Source: Epithemia pelagica
Taxonomy: Eukaryota > Protista > Bacillariophyta
Assembly: GCA_946965045.2 (NCBI GenBank)
Contig: OX337240.1
Span: forward strand, 186,001-250,000
Direction of reading: 5' to 3'
DNA length: 64,000 nucleotides
The position numbers and the translations under genes are program-made. A model generated the notes under the pieces. The model did not search any database. It was not told where the DNA came from and saw only the letters and a program-made list of their open reading frames with translations. Of this stretch, positions 21,486 through 32,290 are shown in pieces (the stretch's first letter is position 1; each line of letters begins with the position of its first letter).

Positions 21486-21681
21486 TCATAATTTGCCTCT
21501 ATGGGGGGTTGTCACATACCAGCACTCCCCTCCTAATCTCCCCCCCCAACCGTACGCGAGCCGACCAATTCAACTCAGAGTGTCACACACAAATTGGATG
21601 AAATAGTAGATACTTTCCATCGTTTTCCAAAAGTCATCCTCAGTCTTCAGTCAGTAAGGCTATTCTACTCCTCTTCAAACA

Positions 21682-22809
21682 ATGATCAACCCATACAAAT
21701 CGAGGAAGAAAACAGTTCTACCCTTGGTGGTCAAACCAAACTTTCCAGTCACAAAGATACCTCCATCTAATGAAGAAATGATGATCAACCCATACAAGCT
21801 AGAGGAAATAGAGACCCCCATGGTCAAAACGCACTCTCCAACCCCGAAAACTTGCGACGGTGAACATGACAAGAAGCCACCGCCTGCGTCCAAATCAATA
21901 ATCAAATGTCATCCACTTCCTTCTTCGAAGCTTGATACCAAGGAAGAAGAAGAGAAGAAACTTCCACCAATCAAGCGCCCATCGTATCAGTTGATCCCAA
22001 ACCCATATAAGAAGAAGCTCAAGGTTGCTGATCCATCTACTATTCCAATCTTGCTATTACATGACTCTCCTCCAATGTGTAAACCAAGAGCAAACCGAGA
22101 TAAGCTGCATCTCGAAGTTATTCGGTTCACTGAGCTTGTCAATAAAATCTATGGATCCAATGATGTTCCCCCAGAGCCAGTCTGTCCTTGGTGTTTTGTA
22201 ACCGACAACCTTTCAACAGATCGTAGACTTACAGGAAAATGTTGGCATCGCTTCGGTAAATCTCTCTCATGTGCCGATTGTTGTTATGGTTGTGGAGTGC
22301 CCATGAACGGATGTGATTCAGGTGGGAATGAACGTTGTTGCACCGAAGCCCTGTATATCCATGATTCGATGAATATCACACGCGAAGAATCAGACATAAA
22401 CAAGGTTCCATTGGTGTGTAAGTCTTGCTTAAGGCCATGCAATTCTTATTCAGAATGCGTCTTCTCGCATGGTTGTTGGAACTCTTGCAACAAGTACTTC
22501 GTCTGGCGATTCTGTCATATTGCTGGACGGGCGTTGGTGTACTCACAATTGAAGCCCAATTGCAAAGGACCAGGCACGATTCCCAAACATGCACAGGATA
22601 TTATCAAAAACGCAACAGAGTTGATGTACAACGAACTGCGAGATCCGATGGAGTCTTCTCAGTACACATCTCCATTTTGTCATGTTCTTGACCAAGACTC
22701 CTGGTCTAAATGGCTTGTCTCCATGTCTTTCGGTCGATACTACAATTACATGCCGTTCTTCCGTCATTGTTACACAGCCTTGATGTCTTCATCGAAACCA
22801 TTGTATTAA
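21682..22809 (+). CDS. Cys-rich hypothetical protein A (375 aa)
   Basis: Lys/Pro-rich N-terminus with repeated MINPYK; many CxxC; NKYFVWRFC and WSKWLVS..NYMPFF. Confidence 0.75.
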   Translation: MINPYKSRKKTVLPLVVKPNFPVTKIPPSNEEMMINPYKLEEIETPMVKTHSPTPKTCDGEHDKKPPPASKSIIKCHPLPSSKLDTKEEEEKKLPPIKRPSYQLIPNPYKKKLKVADPSTIPILLLHDSPPMCKPRANRDKLHLEVIRFTELVNKIYGSNDVPPEPVCPWCFVTDNLSTDRRLTGKCWHRFGKSLSCADCCYGCGVPMNGCDSGGNERCCTEALYIHDSMNITREESDINKVPLVCKSCLRPCNSYSECVFSHGCWNSCNKYFVWRFCHIAGRALVYSQLKPNCKGPGTIPKHAQDIIKNATELMYNELRDPMESSQYTSPFCHVLDQDSWSKWLVSMSFGRYYNYMPFFRHCYTALMSSSKPLY

Positions 22810-22870
22810 ACAAACTCTCGACTTCTTCGAAAGGCAAACTGGGAACAGATAACAAGATTTATAATATATG

Positions 22871-23938
22871 TCAATGATCATTACCATCCATATTTCCACG
22901 TTCCAACTCCGCCCTCTCAGCCATTCTTTCGAGACAATTACGGAAGCACCTGACAAAGAGTGGCATGTAGTTGCGAAAACCAGCCGTAGAATGAGGCAAC
23001 GAAAGCAACCATACTGCCCATGTTTTATCAGATGCTCGGGCATAATCGTATGGGGCACAATCGTTATCATCAAAATAGAAACGGGATCGCAATTCTTCAA
23101 GCCAAACGCTGCGGACAATAGTAAACATTGGCCAGGTGATTTGACGGGGAAAGTTCACACCATCGTAAAATGATGTTATTTGAAAAGTACGCGCCACAAT
23201 ATGGCGTATAAGCATACAGAACTGCCACACGAAGTGCTTGTTCTCAGATTCCACACAGACACTGCATGAATCCAAATCTGGTTGTGGAATCCCAAAAGGT
23301 ATTGAGCGTTCGGGAATTCGGAAACATTCCCTACACACCTGACAATGAAATGTTGGATGCCTGTGGCGGTGACATAAGTTACAACGCATCAAAAAATTCT
23401 GCTGCCAGATAACTGAATAATCGAGATATGCCGCACGTGTTACCACTGTAGTATTTCCATGATTGCACTGGTGATGTGGTGTGGGACGACCAAGGATAAC
23501 ACAGTATGGACAGAGTTTCTCACCTCTAAGCATTTCGTCAACTAACCGTTTGAATTCAGTCTGGATTTCATGACCAACACGCATCTCTTCTCTGAGTTGT
23601 TCTATGACTTGTGGTACATCTTCTTCTTCATTATCGTAATCAAAAAAGATCCTCCCAGCGTCCCTGTAACAAGGCCGATCATTCACTTCCAAGTTCCTGT
23701 CGTTGATCGCCCGCATTTCTCGTCGTCGTCTACGTTCCCGAACATAAAAATCTTCTTCCTCCGATTCTTCTTCCTCCGATTCATCTCCCGATTCATCCTC
23801 CGGTTGGTCCTCTGGATTGTCAGCCATTCTGTTTGCAGTCTCCTTCTCTTTGTTTTGCTGTGAATGCAAATACCTGTACTTGTTGCTTCTTCTTTGGATT
23901 TTTATGAAACCTCTGCTGTCATATGAACGAGAGTTCAA
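22871..23938 (-). CDS. Cys-rich hypothetical protein B (355 aa), paralog of A
   Basis: Acidic N-terminus; CPYC, CNLC, CQVCREC and CSVC; NKHFVWQFC and WAVWLLS..NYMPLF. Confidence 0.75.
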   Translation of the reverse strand: MNSRSYDSRGFIKIQRRSNKYRYLHSQQNKEKETANRMADNPEDQPEDESGDESEEEESEEEDFYVRERRRRREMRAINDRNLEVNDRPCYRDAGRIFFDYDNEEEDVPQVIEQLREEMRVGHEIQTEFKRLVDEMLRGEKLCPYCVILGRPTPHHQCNHGNTTVVTRAAYLDYSVIWQQNFLMRCNLCHRHRHPTFHCQVCRECFRIPERSIPFGIPQPDLDSCSVCVESENKHFVWQFCMLIRHIVARTFQITSFYDGVNFPRQITWPMFTIVRSVWLEELRSRFYFDDNDCAPYDYARASDKTWAVWLLSLPHSTAGFRNYMPLFVRCFRNCLERMAERAELERGNMDGNDH

Positions 23939-24419
23939 CTGGAAATAGATCCACGGATAACCGATCGGTCGTGTTTGTGTACAGAAATCGTCACAATATA
24001 CTATTCACTGTGAGTATTACCACATACTGTGAGGATAAGTGTAATCATTCCCAACATGGTCGCGTTTCACTCGCTGGGCTGACCTATCGGTGTGGCTTTG
24101 CAAAATTCCATGGACATGGAACAATGACATGCTTCTAGAACTCGAATGGCTCCAAATTTTCGTATAGACCATTTGGTTATCATTTGCATGGACGGTAAAG
24201 GCTCTGAACTTGTCTATCATCAACCAAAAGACTTGCAATAGACCCTACCGGTGTGGTGTTGCCGTCGTCCCAAAATTCTATGGACATGGAGCAAAGACAT
24301 TCTTCTAGAACTCGAATGGTTCCAAATTTTCTAGAGACCCTTGGGGTATCATAGGCATTGATTGATGGTAGGTAGTGGTTTTGCTGATAGGTGGGCATGG
24401 TCTTGTATATTAGAAATCT

Positions 24420-27400
24420 CTATTCGTCACTAGATTTCTGGCCCGACGCCAAGCCTCCAATTTCATGAGAATTGTCATCCTCGTTTTGTGTTACGGTAGC
24501 ACTCAAAGATCTTGCATTTGTGCTAAAAAACCAACCAATCGTATGATTTCCCACATTCTTGTCTTTCGGTGGTATGGAGTGTGTATGGACAGATGTTCCA
24601 TGTCTGATGATTCTCCCGTCCCATGCAATCGCAATGCCATGGAATAACCGGATACAAAGCCCATGATAAGTCTTGTCCTTATGCTTTATAAGGACATTGG
24701 GAAGGACGAAATACCAATTGTTGGTGCTACCCGGGTTGGTTTCTGTCCAGATTGTAAAGGACACTGATGCATCATGAATATCATAGTGGCTTGCATTCAT
24801 CAAATCGCAACTCAAAATGATGGATGATGACACACCCCTTTCGTTTCCTCCCAATTCGTTTGGGACATCCAAACCGAAGTTTGTTTCCAGGTGTCTGAAA
24901 GCCGATAACACACCAGGGAATTTCCTCTCACAGAATCGCCGAAAACCTCCACAGATTTTTGGCAATATATTCATCATGTTTGGAGATATTTTGAAAAGTT
25001 TGTCAGAAAAGAATGTACTTCTGCCACCCGTTTTTGTGCACACACCAACAGATGTCATGGTCCCCATATCACCATGGTTACACCTTGCATTGGCTGATCT
25101 CTCTAGTGTACCGCTCTGCGCGAAGTGACATGACCTCTTGTGTAACAATGAAAGTAGGTTTTTGTCATTTTGCTGAAGTGTTGTCACTTTGACATGGCTG
25201 ATGGTTTCGTTTTTACCCGCGTACCCACGTGTCCGAACAATGAATGTTGTATCTTCTCCGGTTTCCCTTACATCAAACAGGAGCGGACGGACCGAAGTAT
25301 CAGGCGGAGGGGACAGGTTTCTATACAATGCTCCATGGACGTACTTTCGGCATCCAGTCTTGTTAGCACTGGCTTTATTCAGCAGTGTTTCACGATACCA
25401 CACTCTAAGAGAATGTTGGTCATTTGGTGTCATTTTTGGTCTGGACTTTTCACTTGTATAATGATCAGGGGCCCAAAGTGGAGAACCACTTTCGACAACA
25501 GACGCTTGGTAGCATTCATGGACAACTCTCTTTGCACTTTGTGTCCAATCAATACACCAACACTTGACAACCTTTTTGAGGAATGCCCCACCACTTGGTT
25601 GGCCGTCGGAATGTCGTAAGCGCAGCCAGGATATAGGTAGTGCTACCAAAGATGAAGTGCATTCCGATGTTGCATACCCAGTATTCATTATCATTGCCGA
25701 AGTATAAAAAATACCGGCCAAAGGGATGATAACGATCACGTCATGGAAAATATGGTCCATACAATCATCACAGTTCTTCTTGGATGTGCGACAATGGAAG
25801 ATTGTATCGTCAAACGCAGACCACACGGTTTTGGGGTATTTCCGATGTCCCTTATGTCGTTGACAGCGATTCAGTACACATTCTACCAAGAAGGCACATG
25901 GAGACCGGGTTGTTAAGAACTTCGGGTCACATTCTGTCACATGAAGCTTGTTGTCTTCGAAACAACAATGGCTTGCTGGATCTTCCGTCACCTCACCAAC
26001 CATGTCTTTCATTTGTTCGTATATGTTAGGTAATTTTCCCATGATTGTCTGGAGGTCTGTTGGTGTGATGTCGTAGTCTTTCAGAACCTTTGTATAGCAG
26101 ATGCCGAACATTCTCCGATCATCATTGCTACTGAGACAGAGTGATAGTAAGTCGCGTAGTCTTTTTGCTACCTTGTCCATGTCAGGAATTCCAAAAAAAC
26201 ACATTTCTGTATGATCGGATTCATTTGGTTTGGAGAATTTTGTCGTCAAATGGCTAGGTTTCTCAGCCTGTCGTCTCTTATACTTCTTCATCGTTTCATG
26301 TGTTAGTGTCAACTTCGATAGGCCCTCTTGTCGTCGTTGCTTGTTCGTGGGTAGTCCCCTGGATGAACCAATGGTCTTACATTCTTTTCTTTTCCTTTCC
26401 GGTGAAGTATTCTGCTCGTCAGTATCGTCATGATTACCGTGTATTGGAGACTTGTGAATCTCCTTCGTACCTCGTTCGTCTTGTATGCGCTGATCCGTTT
26501 GTGTTGTCGTGTTGATGCTACTTCCCTTGTTATGGTCGTTTTTTGTCATTTGGTCATCGTTGTTCTTGTTGCTACCTTTTTGTTTGTCGGTACTATCCTT
26601 TCCTTCTTTGGTTTGTGTCGCATCATCTTGGTTGACACTGTCATTGTGACAGCTAGACGGATTATCACTGTCAGGTGTGTTGTTGGCATTCTTAGACCCG
26701 TTCTCTCCTGAATTTCCGTGTTGTTCGTAAGCAACAATCTCTTGCTTGCCACATTCCTTGCCCTTTTGTTTGTCTGTAGAACCGTTGCCATCTCTGCTTT
26801 GTATCTCTTCTCCTTGTCCACATTCATCTTGGTGACTGGAGGTTGCTTTCTGACCGCTCTGTCTGTTCCGATCATCCCTCTCCTGATTGTCCTTGGAATT
26901 CCAACCAAGTTTGGATAGGCCATCCTGCCCTCCACGACTCGCTGTAGTGTGATGAATGTCCTTTTCTCTCTCTCTACGAGGTGATTGATTTGGTTGACTA
27001 TTACCTCTATCAGTTGAGGGACGGTTAGGCTCTCTCTGGCGGGTACGCCTAGAATGATCGTTGTGTCCAGGATGACTGTCTCTAAGTGACAAATGGTGCC
27101 TGGAATGTTCGTTGTATCCAGGGAATCTCTCCCAATCCATCGGATCCATCGGATGTCGATTAGACCATTGATTGTGGCTATCTCTATATACCGAATGGTG
27201 CCTTGTATGTTCTCTGGAATGTTTGTTGTATCCAGAGAATCTCCTCCAAACCATCGAATGTCGATTAGACAATTGATTTTGATTATCATGTCTTCTTTTT
27301 CTATCCCGGTAAGTGTTTTCCATGATTTGATCTCTTCTCCCTCTAGACTCGTCTTGGTGGTTATCATGGTATCCATGTTGGTCTTGTCGTTCAATGACTC

Positions 27401-29726
27401 CTCTTCTAGTTTGTTGGTTATCTTGATCGAAATGTGAATGACGAGACCCATGATAATCCGATGTATTAGATCCTCTCGATCCTGGATGATCATCATTGAA
27501 TCGATTCTGTCCATGCTGACAATACACTGGCCTGTCATGTTCAGGTAGCGAACCCCACTCATTTGTTCTGGGGCTTCGAGTTGTCGACAGGACGTTGTTC
27601 TGATTCCGTCCTCCCCACAGCCCATGTGGATTCTCTCTCTTGTCCTTGGTTCTTTCGTTATCATGTTGGGTTTGCTCTGTTCTATGTCTTTCTTCAGGCA
27701 GCTCACTCCGGTTACCCCAATTCGCAGGCATTGCAACGGAACGTGATGAGTTATTTCCTCCCCACTGCTGGTATTTAGGCTTCTCACCCTCTGGTGACTG
27801 ATAGATTGCTTTGTGTTCAGAAGGATGAGTATATGTTCTTTGAACAGAACGTGTCATAGGACAGAAGTACAATAGACTTTGAATATCCTGGCTGCACACC
27901 ATACATGTGTTGTGGCCCCGCTGCATCCAATCTCCAACACATTCCCGACAAAATGTATGTCTACAAAGAAACAGTTCGCAATCCACTTTTCTGGTCATAC
28001 AAATCGAACAAACCTCGGGCTTGTATTTTGTCTCAACTCCTCTTTGTTCTAGTGTTGATGGCTTGTTACTCACGGGTGATTTTTTTGATGATTCTTCAGG
28101 GCGTCCCTCAATTGTAGTTGTAGTGTCTTCGACTGTTTTCCTATGTCCCTCTTCAGGGAATCCCTCGCTCGTAGTTGTAGTGTCTTCCGCTGTTTTCTTG
28201 TGTCCCTCTATCTTCTCCGCACCAAACATGTGGATGTTACTCTTGATCTTTTGTCCACACTGGGGACACCATACATTATGATACTTGAACCGTATTCGTA
28301 AGCAATTTCCGTGAACCAGATGTCCACATGGGATGAGGGTACAGACTTCGCTGTCTGTATCTGTTTTCAATGCCCTGTGACAGCATACACAAGAATCTGG
28401 ACAATATACAACGGTCGGTAGCAATCGATTTATATCTCTCTTGGAAAGTTTGGAGTCAAGTAACACCTCCTTGGGTTCTAATCCCACCTTCGGGCACGGT
28501 ATGAACAATATGTCACCATCCGTAGTCCACGTCTCTGAACACCCACCATCAGATAGATCGACGTTCTCCTGGTATTCGTATTTATCGGTACCACGTGAAA
28601 ACCCCACTTCAACAGGATCGTCGTCGCTGTTGCCATCGGAATTGTCAGGTCCCAACACCAAAGGAGAAATCGAATTGCCACCAACAGCATGCTCTAGTCC
28701 TCTCGAAAATTCATTATTGTACCGTATTTGATTACTCGAAAAACAATTGGATATCGTCATACTCTTGTCTATCTGACCTTCTTTCCGACCCGGGTTTGGT
28801 CGACTACTCATTATGTTTCCAAGCATTCTGATCACAATAGCTTGTGGCATTGGCTTTGGAGTATCCTTCTTAGGTTCTGGCATTTTCACAATGCGATATC
28901 GCCACTTGTTACATTCCTTGTTTGTATCATGTGTTGTTTCATCTTCTTCCACTAATGATGGGTCATAACATAGACTGACAGGCGGGGCACCTTTTGACGT
29001 ATTGACCAGGTCCCATTTCCGTAGTACATGACGCGTCGTTCCTTCCCAGTATTGGTCTGATCGATTATGTATTGGTTCGTAGATATGAAGTATCTTTTTG
29101 TCGATTTCGAAAGCCAATAAAGCTGGGTCGCTGACATCAGTTGCTGTTGTCAAGGCAATGATCGCCAATATCAGTGTGTTCGGATCCTGTTGTCTCCATG
29201 ATGACATAGGAATTTTCTTAGGAAATGGGTTCCTGTTTGCTTCATCAAATGTTACTTTGTCAACATATACTAGGTTCTGATGGTTGTGATGGACCATCAA
29301 TTTCAAACAAGTATAGAAAGACTCAATCGGCATGCCCGTCCTTGAAGTGTTGTAGCAAAGATCTCTCCGACGATGTCTATGTGGGATATGCAAAACACGC
29401 GTTGTAGGGTCCTGGTCATTCATCAACCCACTGTAAGACATGCATAGTGTGCACCTAAATAATGTCTTGATTTCGACATGCGTGTTGTCCTTCCCCATAC
29501 TCTTAGCATACTGGGTTGCTAGCTTCATGGCCGACTTGATGTTCTCGTTGTTTCTGTTAGTTTGTTTTTCCGCGAACTTGTCCAAGTAACCGTCACCAAT
29601 GTTGTCGATGGATTCATTCGAGTCCCATGAGTCTTTTCTTCTCTTCTGGTTTACTATAGGATCAAGAACGTGTGGAATTTCAATGAAAGGCGGTGGTACC
29701 ACACCATCACCTGTCTCCTCATTTCC
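24420..29726 (-). CDS. Giant protein: two RING fingers + low-complexity linker + C-terminal TET/JBP-like Fe(II) dioxygenase domain (main exon)
   Basis: RING-H2-like CVCC..CGHLVHGNC..CPQC (~28256-28391); C3HC4 CSIC..CRHTFCREC..CMVC (~27894-28011); HGDMGTMTSVG; NASHYDIHD (HxDxxD, His at 24786-24788); WYFVLP..LFHG..WDGRIIRHGT (His at 24600-24602). Confidence 0.8.
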   Translation of the reverse strand, partial: GNEETGDGVVPPPFIEIPHVLDPIVNQKRRKDSWDSNESIDNIGDGYLDKFAEKQTNRNNENIKSAMKLATQYAKSMGKDNTHVEIKTLFRCTLCMSYSGLMNDQDPTTRVLHIPHRHRRRDLCYNTSRTGMPIESFYTCLKLMVHHNHQNLVYVDKVTFDEANRNPFPKKIPMSSWRQQDPNTLILAIIALTTATDVSDPALLAFEIDKKILHIYEPIHNRSDQYWEGTTRHVLRKWDLVNTSKGAPPVSLCYDPSLVEEDETTHDTNKECNKWRYRIVKMPEPKKDTPKPMPQAIVIRMLGNIMSSRPNPGRKEGQIDKSMTISNCFSSNQIRYNNEFSRGLEHAVGGNSISPLVLGPDNSDGNSDDDPVEVGFSRGTDKYEYQENVDLSDGGCSETWTTDGDILFIPCPKVGLEPKEVLLDSKLSKRDINRLLPTVVYCPDSCVCCHRALKTDTDSEVCTLIPCGHLVHGNCLRIRFKYHNVWCPQCGQKIKSNIHMFGAEKIEGHKKTAEDTTTTSEGFPEEGHRKTVEDTTTTIEGRPEESSKKSPVSNKPSTLEQRGVETKYKPEVCSICMTRKVDCELFLCRHTFCRECVGDWMQRGHNTCMVCSQDIQSLLYFCPMTRSVQRTYTHPSEHKAIYQSPEGEKPKYQQWGGNNSSRSVAMPANWGNRSELPEERHRTEQTQHDNERTKDKRENPHGLWGGRNQNNVLSTTRSPRTNEWGSLPEHDRPVYCQHGQNRFNDDHPGSRGSNTSDYHGSRHSHFDQDNQQTRRGVIERQDQHGYHDNHQDESRGRRDQIMENTYRDRKRRHDNQNQLSNRHSMVWRRFSGYNKHSREHTRHHSVYRDSHNQWSNRHPMDPMDWERFPGYNEHSRHHLSLRDSHPGHNDHSRRTRQREPNRPSTDRGNSQPNQSPRREREKDIHHTTASRGGQDGLSKLGWNSKDNQERDDRNRQSGQKATSSHQDECGQGEEIQSRDGNGSTDKQKGKECGKQEIVAYEQHGNSGENGSKNANNTPDSDNPSSCHNDSVNQDDATQTKEGKDSTDKQKGSNKNNDDQMTKNDHNKGSSINTTTQTDQRIQDERGTKEIHKSPIHGNHDDTDEQNTSPERKRKECKTIGSSRGLPTNKQRRQEGLSKLTLTHETMKKYKRRQAEKPSHLTTKFSKPNESDHTEMCFFGIPDMDKVAKRLRDLLSLCLSSNDDRRMFGICYTKVLKDYDITPTDLQTIMGKLPNIYEQMKDMVGEVTEDPASHCCFEDNKLHVTECDPKFLTTRSPCAFLVECVLNRCQRHKGHRKYPKTVWSAFDDTIFHCRTSKKNCDDCMDHIFHDVIVIIPLAGIFYTSAMIMNTGYATSECTSSLVALPISWLRLRHSDGQPSGGAFLKKVVKCWCIDWTQSAKRVVHECYQASVVESGSPLWAPDHYTSEKSRPKMTPNDQHSLRVWYRETLLNKASANKTGCRKYVHGALYRNLSPPPDTSVRPLLFDVRETGEDTTFIVRTRGYAGKNETISHVKVTTLQQNDKNLLSLLHKRSCHFAQSGTLERSANARCNHGDMGTMTSVGVCTKTGGRSTFFSDKLFKISPNMMNILPKICGGFRRFCERKFPGVLSAFRHLETNFGLDVPNELGGNERGVSSSIILSCDLMNASHYDIHDASVSFTIWTETNPGSTNNWYFVLPNVLIKHKDKTYHGLCIRLFHGIAIAWDGRIIRHGTSVHTHSIPPKDKNVGNHTIGWFFSTNARSLSATVTQNEDDNSHEIGGLASGQKSSDE

Positions 29727-29826
29727 CTTGTTTATGGAAGCACAACGTCTCTAAGACAAAGAGATCAATCATTTTTGAGATTGTCTAATCCTTCTCGATT
29801 CTTGGCAAGTCGCTCGAACATCTTAC

Positions 29827-30876
29827 CTCGTTGTCTGCGGTTTTTTCATTGTCGTCGCTTATAATCTTCCTGACCTCTTCCACACGGTCTGATTTGAGGG
29901 CGACTTGGTTCGACGTTGTAATGGAAGTTGGTAGTACTTGATCCTTTTTCTCGTCAGTAGGATCATTACCAGCGACGACCTTCTGTCTCTTTTTTGCCGG
30001 CGAGTCTATACTCCGACGTTGCACGGCAATTTCTTTCGATTTCCTGGCAGACAGTACCTCTTGTTTTTCTATATAATGCAGTAGATCGTAGAACATACCG
30101 CCATCGTCTCCGTTTCTTCCATATTGTACCAAAGAATCTCTTTATTCAAGGTACATCTTGAACCATGTGTCAGGCATCGTATACAACAGTGCTTTCTCCA
30201 TTTGGATATTGGAAATCACGTCCATGTTCTCGTCCGATGTCGATTCTGAGATGAAACGGTGTATGGCCACCATATGTTCGATAACCCATGCGATTTTACC
30301 AACAGGTACGAGACGCGGTTTCCTGTAAAGGGAGGAATCATCTAGAAGGTATCGTTTCAATGCTTCTCCAATCCCACCGATCCCCTTGCGTGTCTTCTTA
30401 GAGACTAAGCCATGAGAGGAAAGAAATCTGATAATGGTTTGTCTCAGATTCTCAGCACCGTCTATAACTGTCGTCCCAAATGCCTGATTCCAAATATTGG
30501 AAACAGGACTGTAGAGAGTCTTTTTGAACAATAGTCGAGCAACCATTGGAGTCAACTTGTCATCATCATCCATCTCGTTCTCAATTCTTGTGAAACAGAG
30601 AACGGAGTGACAGATGATATCTTGGAATGCAGGCAAATAACAGATTGGTAGGAATATCTTCACATAATGGCCGTCATGTGGTACCTCCACTGTTGTCCAT
30701 TTTCCTGATTTGTCTTGGAAAACACTTTCATACCAATTGAGGACACTTTCGTATGTAATGGGCATAATACCGGTGTAGTGAGATTCCTCGCTTGTGTGTG
30801 TTCGAAGTGTATGATTGGTACCAGAAACAGTCATAGTCGACACGTCCTTTCTTTTGTTTCGCACTTCATCATTCAT
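29827..30876 (-). pseudogene. Probable upstream exon of the TET/JBP-like gene, interrupted by an in-frame TAA at 30142-30144
   Basis: ORFs 30876-30142 and 30132-29785 are in the same frame. A 100-bp intron 29826-29727 (GAG|GTAAGA...AACAAG|GGA) joins them in phase to the large ORF, which has no ATG of its own at its 5' end. Confidence 0.55.
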
Positions 30877-30969
30877 TGAAGAAGGGTCACCAGGATTCTT
30901 GGCGGTCGGTGGTTTTTGTAGCGAGGGCCCTTGATGCGGTTGCCCGCCATTTTGTACTTGTCACGATGC

Positions 30970-32290
30970 GCTTTTTGTGTAGCGTCTTTGTTTCAACAAC
31001 AAGAACAACAAGGGTAGTCGAGGAAGCGCTTTAATTGTAGCGTCTTTGAGACAACCTTGTGTACTTGTCTAAACAGTAAAAAGTGTGCGCTGAATTGTGT
31101 AGCGTCTTTGGTTTGGTCCTGAACTCTGGTGGTAACAAAACAACAACCAAATCGAAGGAATACACTACGACGCGCTTTATGTGTAGCGTCTTGTTCGTTG
31201 TGATCCAACAATCGGTGCCAGAATTTGCTACTCCAAAACCAGGGGTTGGTTGGTTGTCCAAGCAATCTCGCGACAAGAATAGAACAGAAGCAACTGGCTA
31301 CCACCGTGTCACACTGCTTGCTTTGGGTCTGTTCTATTCAAGTCGGAGTATCACGAGGACAGGAGGGTTCTTGATAAACAATCTAACAGATAGCCCGAAA
31401 CCGCTTTAATTGTAATAGCGTGATTGGAGTGAAGGACAGAGCTGAGTGAAACAAGCAACAATCAGACAGATGCCCCAAGCCGCTTTAATTGTAGCGTGGT
31501 GATTGGAATGGCAGAGCTGCAAGATAGTGCAAGTGTCAAAGATAGGACAAATGTTGACAATATTTCGAATGCTCTGGTGGTCGTTCTTCTTCTTGGGTTC
31601 CTCTTCTTCTTGTTTTCCTGTTGTAGCGGTTTTGGAGTGAAGGTCGTGGTTGAAAGGAAGCAAGCAACAATCAGACAGATGCCCCAAGCCGCTTTAGTTG
31701 TAGCGTGATTGGAATGGCAGAGTTGCAAGATAGTGCAAGTGTCAATGTCTCGAATGCTCTGGCCGTGCTTGAGTTCCTCTTCCTCTTCTTCTGGTGCAGC
31801 GGTTTTGGAGTGAAGTGTTGTAGCGGTTTTGGAGTGAAGGTCGTGGTTGAAAGGAAGCAAGCAACAATCAGACAGATGCCCCAAGCCGCTTTCATTGTAG
31901 CGTGATTGGAATGGCAGAGCTGCAAGATAGTGCAAGTGTCAATGTCTCGAATGCTCTGGCCGTGCTTGAGTTCCTCTTCCTCTTCTTCTGGTGCAGCGGT
32001 TTTGGAGTGAAGGTGGCTGAAGAGGAAGCAAGCAACAAAAAGGTGGCTGAAAAGGAACCAAGCAACAATCAGACAGATGCCCCAAGCCGCTTTAATTGTA
32101 GCGTGATTGGAATGGCAGAGCTGTTAGGTTGATGAAAGAAGTTGGATAGGTGAAAGGATTGAAAAGGGAATCTCGGCAGAGAGAAAGCAAGCAACAAAAA
32201 GGTGGCTGAAAAGGAACCAAGAAACAATCAGACAGATGCCCCAAGCCGCTTTAATTGTAGCGTGATTGGAATGGCAGAGCTGTTAGGTTG
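30970..32290 (+). repeat. Right subterminal tandem repeat array
   Basis: Core aagcaacaatcagacagatgccccaagccgcttt..tgtagcgtgattggaatggcagag at ~31453, 31662, 31859, 32060 and 32219, with a degenerate copy near 31377; shorter tgtagcgtctt repeats at 30970-31190. Confidence 0.9.

Noticed and set aside
26546-27787. 413-aa alternative-frame ORF nested in the TET-like gene
   Set aside because: It lies over the low-complexity linker and has no recognisable motif; probably a by-product of biased composition.
31377-32290. Regularly spaced repeats resembling a CRISPR array
   Set aside because: The core is ~60 bp, the intervening sequences are themselves duplicated rather than unique, there are no cas genes and the context is eukaryotic; treated as subterminal repeats.
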